Positions 49,378 through 55,616 of a stretch of DNA of 55,616 bases are shown piece after piece. The notes under the pieces are model-generated. The model ran no database searches. It was not told the DNA's origin and saw only the letters and a program-made list of their open reading frames with translations. The translations under genes were made by a program, and so were the position numbers. Location of the stretch: NCBI GenBank assembly GCA_024277995.1, contig JAJRUD010000116.1, forward strand, positions 1 through 55,616, in the 5' to 3' direction. The DNA comes from Chloroflexota bacterium. GTDB taxonomy: Bacteria; Chloroflexota; Anaerolineae; Anaerolineales; E44-bin32. Within the stretch, counting starts at the first letter, position 1, and each line of letters opens with the position of its first letter.

Positions 49378-51687
49378 ATGACGACAAGGACATCAGAGGG
49401 ACCCCATCCATCCGATCGGCACTCCGAATCGGTTGGAACTGGAGTCGCGCAGAGCAGATTCGCGCAGGCGCTGCACGAAGCTGCTCTGGCCCTGAGTGCT
49501 GAAACGGATCACGCGCGACTGCTGGACAGGATCCTGGAGCAGGCCATGCTCGCCATCCCCTGCGACGCGGCCAACATCCTCAGCTACGAGGGAAAGCTGA
49601 GCAGGGTCCTGAAGGGGCGCGGCTATGAGCGCTTCGGGACCGCGCGCGCGGAGATTGAAGGCACCACTTTCGCGATCGACGAATATACAACGTTACGCAA
49701 AATGGTGAGCGGCCAGGCGATGGTCATCCCCGACACGGCACAAGACCCCTGCTGGGTCATCCGTCCCGGCTTCGAGTGGCTGCGTTCCTGGGTCGGGGCT
49801 CCCATCCTGCATGGCGGCATCCTGATGGGGTTCATAAACCTGGACAGCGCCACCGCCAACGCTTTCAACCAAGACACCGTTGACCGACTGCGCGCTTTCG
49901 CCGCCCACGTCGCGGCCGCCATGCAACGCACCCGGCTTTACGAACAATTGCGGGGCGAACACGCCCGGCTGCAGCATATCCACGCCATCAGCCGACGCCT
50001 GGCGGGCGTGCTGGACCGGGATGCAGTTCTCACCAACCTGTTATGGGGCAGCCTTGAAGCCATCGACGGCGAGATGGCATTGATCTACTTGCTGCGAGGC
50101 GATCGCGGGCAGCCGCACCTTCAGGCGTGGATATCGCGCCTGGACACGTTGGATCCGCTGGCTTCGCATCCCATGGCCAGCGACCTGGCGCGCGAGACGG
50201 TGGAACGGCGGCGCAGTCTCAGCAGAGCCTATACCATAAAGGGCAAGCGGTATTGGACGCTGGGCTTTCCCCTGCTTTCGGGAGAATGGACGTGGGGCGC
50301 CGGGATCATCTGGCTTGCGTCAGAGGCAGAGCCTGATGGCTCATGGCTCAACGTCTTCGACACCGTGGGCCAGCAGGCGGGCTTGGCACTGCGCAGTGCG
50401 ATGCAGCATACAGAGGTGCAGCGCAGACTGCGCGAAATGATGGTCTTGCAGCGCGTCGTGGGTGCCGTCGCCAAGCGGCTGAGTCCTGACGAGATGATGG
50501 CCGAACTGGTGGTGCAGTTGCATCAAGAGCTTAACTTCCCGGCCGTCCAATTGCTGCTACGGGAGGGGGATTCGCTGGTCGTGCGCCATTTCAGCGGGCC
50601 GCGCCCGCTCATCGATGAGATGCCCATGGGGCGGGGGATCATCGGCCACGTGGTCGAAACAGGGAAGCCAGCGCTGGTGCGCGACGTTCGGCAAGACCCC
50701 CATTATGTCGCGCTCCTGGTGGGCACGCGTGCCGAAGCCGCCGTGCCCATCCGCCAGGGAGATCAAACAGTGGGCGTGCTCAACGTTGAGACTGCAGACC
50801 AGTCGCAGATCAACCACGAGAGCGTATCCCTGCTCTCCACCATTGCTGATCAGGTGGCGGTGGCCCTGCACAACGCAGCTCTATACGATGAACTGCGCCG
50901 CAACATGGAAGAGCTTGAGGACCGCGTTGAGGCCCGCACACGCCAGCTCCGCATCGCGCTCGAACAGGCGCATGCTGCGGAGCGCGCCAAGTCACAATTC
51001 GTGGCTGACGTATCGCACGAGTTGCGCACGCCGCTGACGAACATCGGTCTTTACCTGGATCTACTGGACATCGGCGCCAAGGAACGACGCGAAGAGTACA
51101 TGGCGACCCTGCGCCGCGAGACGGCGCGCCTGGGATCCCTGATCGAGCAATTGCTCAACATCGCGCGCCTGGACAGCGGCCAGCTCGAGCTGCGCGGCCA
51201 GGCGATCGATCTGTCCGCACTTGTGCAGGTCCTTGTCGATGACCGCAGGAAACACATTGGAGAGAAAGGCCTGTCCTTGCAGGTCAATAAGCAGCCTGAT
51301 CTGCCCCTGGTCTGGGTGGATCCCCGACTGATCCTGCAAGTGATGGGCAATCTGCTGAGCAACGCGATCCATTACACTCCTTCCGGCGGTGATATCTGGC
51401 TGAGCACCGAGCTACGCAGTCGGGAGGGGACCCAATGGATCACTTTTTCCGTTCGCGACACCGGCCCCGGCATCCCCGAGGAGGAGCGCGACAAGATATT
51501 CGACCGCTTCTTCCGGGGCGTCGCCGGCCGAACAAGCGGGCTTTCCGGCACCGGACTTGGCCTGGCCATTTCGAAGGAGATCGTCGAGAGGCACGGGGGC
51601 ACGATCACTCTGGATTCGCACGGCGGTCAAGGGGCATGCTTCACGGTCTGGTTGCCTTCGCTGAAAGACCACCATTCATTCCAGTGA
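49378..51687 (+). CDS. Cytoplasmic multi-GAF sensor histidine kinase
   Basis: About 3 GAF-like repeats, SHELRTPL, NLLSNA, DTGPGI, GTGLGL; no TM. Confidence 0.93.
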   Translation: MTTRTSEGPHPSDRHSESVGTGVAQSRFAQALHEAALALSAETDHARLLDRILEQAMLAIPCDAANILSYEGKLSRVLKGRGYERFGTARAEIEGTTFAIDEYTTLRKMVSGQAMVIPDTAQDPCWVIRPGFEWLRSWVGAPILHGGILMGFINLDSATANAFNQDTVDRLRAFAAHVAAAMQRTRLYEQLRGEHARLQHIHAISRRLAGVLDRDAVLTNLLWGSLEAIDGEMALIYLLRGDRGQPHLQAWISRLDTLDPLASHPMASDLARETVERRRSLSRAYTIKGKRYWTLGFPLLSGEWTWGAGIIWLASEAEPDGSWLNVFDTVGQQAGLALRSAMQHTEVQRRLREMMVLQRVVGAVAKRLSPDEMMAELVVQLHQELNFPAVQLLLREGDSLVVRHFSGPRPLIDEMPMGRGIIGHVVETGKPALVRDVRQDPHYVALLVGTRAEAAVPIRQGDQTVGVLNVETADQSQINHESVSLLSTIADQVAVALHNAALYDELRRNMEELEDRVEARTRQLRIALEQAHAAERAKSQFVADVSHELRTPLTNIGLYLDLLDIGAKERREEYMATLRRETARLGSLIEQLLNIARLDSGQLELRGQAIDLSALVQVLVDDRRKHIGEKGLSLQVNKQPDLPLVWVDPRLILQVMGNLLSNAIHYTPSGGDIWLSTELRSREGTQWITFSVRDTGPGIPEEERDKIFDRFFRGVAGRTSGLSGTGLGLAISKEIVERHGGTITLDSHGGQGACFTVWLPSLKDHHSFQ

Positions 51688-51762
51688 ACGCATGACCTTG
51701 CGAAGATTCCCTTGGCGGGGGATAATCGGGCTTGCAGTTCTGGGTTGGATGGGAGCTATGAG

Positions 51763-52821
51763 ATGGTAGGTGTGCCCAATAGGGACAGCGCTGTCACCCT
51801 GCTTGTCGTCGAAGATGACCCCGCCATGCTGGTGGCGTTGCGCGATATCCTGGAGAGCGCCGGCTACAACGTGCTGACAGCACCCAACGGGAAGATCGCC
51901 CTGGACATCCTGGAAAACGCGCGCCCGGCGCTCATCCTGTCGGATATCTCGATGCCCGTCATGGATGGCATTCAGCTCTTCGAGGCCGTCCGCAAGCTAC
52001 CACGCGGCATGGCCACGCCCTTCATATTCCTGACGGCCAAAGGCACGCGCGAAGATATATTTGCCGGAAAGATGATGGGTGCTGACGACTATATCACCAA
52101 GCCCATCACCAGCCATGAACTCATCACAGCCGTGCAATCCCGACTGCAGCGCGCCGACGAGATCATGGTCGCGCAGCTGAAGGAAGCCTACAAAGCCAGC
52201 CTGCGCACCCTGGCCAACGCCATTGAGGCCCGGGACCACTATACCCGCGACCACGTCGAACGCGTCAATGCCTACGCCCAGGCCTTGGCCATGGAATTGG
52301 GCTGGGACGAGGACCGCCGCGACGCGCTCGAATTCGGCTCGATACTGCACGACATCGGCAAGATCGCCGTGCGTGAGGCCATCCTGTGCAAACCAGGGCC
52401 GCTCACTACAGAGGAGTGGGCGGAGATGCGCCTGCATCCCGAAGTGGGCGCTCACATGATTGAAGGTATCCCCTATCTGGCGCCGGCGGTCCCGAGTGTG
52501 CTGCACCATCACGAGCGCTGGGATGGGAGCGGTTACCCTCATGCGCTGCGGGGCGACGCCATACCTGAGGACGCCCGCTTGCTGGCGGTCGTTGACACCT
52601 TTGATGCCATGACCTCTGACAGACCCTATCGGCCGGCCATGGAATTCGAGCGCGCTTTCGAGGTCATCCTTGAGGAATCGGGCCGCCTCTTCGATCCGAC
52701 CATGGTCGACTCGTTCCAGCGTTGCTGGTCGCGCGGCGAGATCCAGCGCATCGCGATGACCGCCGAGCCCACCAAGCCCACCCATTTGTCGTCTGGTTCA
52801 CGGCAGAGCGCCAAGAGCTAG
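51763..52821 (+). CDS. Response regulator with HD-GYP (c-di-GMP phosphodiesterase) output
   Basis: VEDD, SDISMP, TKP receiver; HDIGK, HHERWDGSGYP. Confidence 0.93.
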   Translation: MVGVPNRDSAVTLLVVEDDPAMLVALRDILESAGYNVLTAPNGKIALDILENARPALILSDISMPVMDGIQLFEAVRKLPRGMATPFIFLTAKGTREDIFAGKMMGADDYITKPITSHELITAVQSRLQRADEIMVAQLKEAYKASLRTLANAIEARDHYTRDHVERVNAYAQALAMELGWDEDRRDALEFGSILHDIGKIAVREAILCKPGPLTTEEWAEMRLHPEVGAHMIEGIPYLAPAVPSVLHHHERWDGSGYPHALRGDAIPEDARLLAVVDTFDAMTSDRPYRPAMEFERAFEVILEESGRLFDPTMVDSFQRCWSRGEIQRIAMTAEPTKPTHLSSGSRQSAKS

Positions 52822-53009
52822 CCGGAGCTCTCTCGCATCACGGGGCAGGGGGGCGTGCCCGCCGGCTCTCTCGAATGGTCGCCTCGCTTGCCAGCGCGCC
52901 CCTCGCCCTTCTCCGGCCCCGATCGGCAGCACCTCGCGCGCTAGGACTGCGAAAGCAGGAGGGTGGGGTGCTCGTTGACGGGAGACAGGATTTGGAATAA
53001 AATTGCCAT

Positions 53010-53037
53010 GCTTGCGATAAGTATCATTAGCGTTAGC
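53010..53037. other. dif-like recombination site (11-6-11)
   Basis: GCTTGCGATAA-GTATCA-TTAGCGTTAGC; arms 8/11 inverted identity (11/14 over 53007-53040); directly upstream of a Xer-type gene. Confidence 0.7.
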
Positions 53038-53065
53038 ATGACTTCTTCCAGTCAGGACGGCGCTC

Positions 53066-54085
53066 ATGGCCAACAACGATCGCCATAATGCACCCGACGC
53101 CCGCTCTTTCACGGTCCAGGACGCGATCCTGGCCTATCTGGACAGCGTGCGCCTGGCCCGCAGCGCCAACACGGCGCGCACATACCGCAACGCGCTGCGC
53201 TCTTTCTCCGCCTCGCTCGCATCCCATGGCATCGACCCACACGATAATGCAGCCTCTGCGGCCAAAGAAGATTGGATTATCCCTTTCATCGGCGATCTGA
53301 AACCCTTTGCGCCGGCCACCGAGCGCCTCTACCTCACGGCCGTCGCCGGATGGTACGAATACCTCGCCGCCGAGGGTATGGCGCCCATCAACCTGCCACG
53401 CCTGCGCCTGCTCATCCGTCGGCGTGCCCGGCGCCCCGGCCAACGCCTGCCACAGTTTCCGCGGCACGCCATCGAATCCATCCTCGCATATGCAACCTAT
53501 CTTACAGCACGCCCGGTGCGCGACAAGGCTGAACGTTTGCGAAATCTGCGCGACCGCGCCTTCCTGTTGACCCTGGCCGATACGGGCCTGCGCGTGCACG
53601 AGGCCTGCGCCTTGCGGCGCGGCGATGTCGATTGGGGTGAAGCCAAGGCCGTCATCGTCGGCAAAGGCGATCGCGAGGCCGTCGTTCGCTTCTCCTCACG
53701 CTCCCTGAGCGCCATTAAGGACTATCTGGCGGCACGCAGTGAGCTCGACGGCGCCTGCGGCAAGCCCTTGGCTTCCCTGCCGCTCTTCGCCCGTCACGAT
53801 AGAGGCGCCGGCAGGCGCGTGCTTCCCATATCCACCACCACTGGCCGCACCATCGTCCACCAACGCGCGCGCCAGGCCATCGGAAAGGAGAGCGAAGGTA
53901 ACATAACACCGCATTCCTTCCGCCACTATTTCGTCACAACCGTCCTCCGAGGCTCAGGCGGCAACCTCAAGCTCGCTCAGGAGCTGGCCCGCCACCGCAA
54001 CATCGCCGTCACGCAGCGCTACGCCCACCTGTCGGACGATGAATTGGACCGCGGCTACCATGAGATCTTCGAGGGCGACGGCTGA
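53066..54085 (+). CDS. Xer-type tyrosine recombinase
   Basis: SANTARTY N-terminal domain; catalytic R (TGLRVHE), K (GKG), HxxR (HSFRH), H (ARH), Y (TQRY). Confidence 0.93.
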   Translation: MANNDRHNAPDARSFTVQDAILAYLDSVRLARSANTARTYRNALRSFSASLASHGIDPHDNAASAAKEDWIIPFIGDLKPFAPATERLYLTAVAGWYEYLAAEGMAPINLPRLRLLIRRRARRPGQRLPQFPRHAIESILAYATYLTARPVRDKAERLRNLRDRAFLLTLADTGLRVHEACALRRGDVDWGEAKAVIVGKGDREAVVRFSSRSLSAIKDYLAARSELDGACGKPLASLPLFARHDRGAGRRVLPISTTTGRTIVHQRARQAIGKESEGNITPHSFRHYFVTTVLRGSGGNLKLAQELARHRNIAVTQRYAHLSDDELDRGYHEIFEGDG

Positions 54086-54306
54086 TCCCCACTCAAGCGA
54101 CGCGCCCCTATCCCGAGGCGGAAGTGACGTGGAAAATCCGAACAGCCCGCTGGCAAGATTCCCGCCTTGCTCTGGGCGTGGCAGCGGCCAGTCTCGCGTT
54201 CGGCAGCGGGCTGTGCGCCCTGGTCGTCCTGCGCCAGAGATGGCTGCCCGTGGCGGGTACGCCAAAGCGCGTCAACCATCCGCATGCGTGAACTGGCGTC
54301 CGCTTC

Positions 54307-55614
54307 TCAACGGGCCAACCACATGTTCTGGTGCTGCGGTACTCCAATCGGCGATGGGACGTAACCTCTCACATACGGCTTAAGGACCATGTAAGCCACA
54401 CCTGGGTGACTGAGAAACAACGCCGGCGCCTCCTCCCAAAGCTTTGCCTGCGCATCGCGATAGAAGGTCAAACGCCGCTCGCGAGTGGTTTCGACTCGCG
54501 CCGCTTCCACCAATGCGTCGTATGTCGCGGAGCGGTAGGCCGAGTGATTCTGCGGTGACGCGCTGTGGAAGAGCACGTCGAAGAAGTTCTCGGGGTCCGG
54601 GTAGTCGGCGCACCAGCCCTCCATGAGCAAATGGCTGTACTCGCCCGCGTCGAGCCGGTCGAAGTAGCTGCGGACATCGATCCCTTCCAGCAAGATCTCG
54701 ACCCCGAGCTCGCGCTCCCAGGCATCGCCCAAGAAAGCCACCGACCCCGAGACGCGCCCGCTGCTGCTGGGGACTGTCCACACGATCTGCGGCAGTTGCC
54801 CTCCATAGCTGGACTGCTCCAGGAGCGCGCGCGCCGTGGTGGGATCAAACTCCGGGCCGCGCGCCTGCGGGTCATAGCCCGGCATGCCCGGCGGGAGCAA
54901 GCCCTCGGCTACCACATCCTCGCCGTTGGTCACGGCCTCAACGTATCCGGCCCGGTCTATCGCCAGCACGAAAGCGCGCCGGACCAGCGGGTCATCAAAT
55001 GGTGCAAGGCGCGTGTTGAAGGTCACGTAAAAGGTGCAGAACCTCAGCTCAGTCAGGATGTTGCCGTAGAGGCCATCGGCGGGGTTCTGGGCCCGCGCCA
55101 TCTGATCGCGTGTGATGCCCGTCATGTCCACTTCACCCAGCTCGTAGAGCTGCTGGGCGTATCCTTGATACATGCTGTATACGAGGTATTCCAGCCTCGG
55201 TGGATCCGCATAGTGAAAGGGATTGGCCTCCAGGACCAGGATCCGGTTCTCCAGATGTTGCACCTGACGGAAAGGCCCAGTCCCATTGGGATGCAGTTCC
55301 CAATTGGGAAGGGTTACGTTGTAGCGGTCTACCACCCAGGAAACCGGGTAAGCCAGCTTCGCAAGGAAATAGGGCTTCGGGCCATCCAGGGTCACCTGCA
55401 GCGTGCGATCATCCAGCACCCGGACGCCCTCTATGCGCTGGGCCTGCCCGGCGCGATAGGCCGCCAGGCCCACAATATCTCCCATGTAGAGCAGCACTGT
55501 CTCTGAGCCGGTTTCGGGGCTGGCGGCCCGTTCCCAACTGAACAGCACATCCCAGGCCGTCAGCGGCCGCCCGTTATGGAAGCGCGCGTTGTGACGCAGG
55601 TAGAAGGTGTATAC
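54307..55614 (-). CDS. Peptide ABC transporter substrate-binding protein (OppA family), 5' truncated by the window edge
   Basis: FHNGRPLTAWDV, NGTGPF, PFDDPLVRRAF, GWCADYPDP. Confidence 0.92.
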   Translation of the reverse strand, partial: VYTFYLRHNARFHNGRPLTAWDVLFSWERAASPETGSETVLLYMGDIVGLAAYRAGQAQRIEGVRVLDDRTLQVTLDGPKPYFLAKLAYPVSWVVDRYNVTLPNWELHPNGTGPFRQVQHLENRILVLEANPFHYADPPRLEYLVYSMYQGYAQQLYELGEVDMTGITRDQMARAQNPADGLYGNILTELRFCTFYVTFNTRLAPFDDPLVRRAFVLAIDRAGYVEAVTNGEDVVAEGLLPPGMPGYDPQARGPEFDPTTARALLEQSSYGGQLPQIVWTVPSSSGRVSGSVAFLGDAWERELGVEILLEGIDVRSYFDRLDAGEYSHLLMEGWCADYPDPENFFDVLFHSASPQNHSAYRSATYDALVEAARVETTRERRLTFYRDAQAKLWEEAPALFLSHPGVAYMVLKPYVRGYVPSPIGVPQHQNMWLAR

Positions 55615-55616
55615 GG

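Noticed and set aside
54157-54168. GATTCCCGCC match to the tmRNA 3' end, suggesting an att site for an island with the recombinase
   Set aside because: Only 10 nt, opposite orientation and on the wrong side; the intervening genes include core smpB.

Overview
GC-rich (roughly two-thirds G+C) bacterial chromosome segment. Gene content and protein style suggest Chloroflexota, probably Anaerolineae (inference). It is mostly housekeeping and metabolic: AOR-family oxidoreductase, nnr, iscS-mnmA, plsC, eno, radC, rseP operon, mvaD, tRNA-His/hisS/hutH, a three-gene antiporter-like membrane operon, selB, glpABC, fmt, recJ, GDPD, GH3, a Ser/Thr kinase with a divergent FHA regulator, ssrA/smpB, a GAF kinase with an HD-GYP regulator, a Xer-type recombinase and a partial OppA. 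I saw no CRISPR array, IS element or prophage. The strongest unexpected signal is a candidate single-recombinase chromosome dimer resolution module. A dif-like 11-6-11 inverted repeat (53010-53037) sits 28 bp upstream of a tyrosine recombinase gene, and the + strand flips from G-rich to C-rich nearby, as expected at a replication terminus. Other highlights: two otherwise intact genes carry single in-frame stop codons (TAG at the conserved GPEY[E]T glutamate of AOR; TAA inside a double zinc ribbon); an unannotated ~180-nt rod-like RNA lies upstream of smpB; a GNAT-like gene is wedged between smpB and tmRNA; hisS has a possible leader-peptide attenuator; and several enzyme homologues lack canonical catalytic residues. 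All calls come from reading the sequence; no searches were run.
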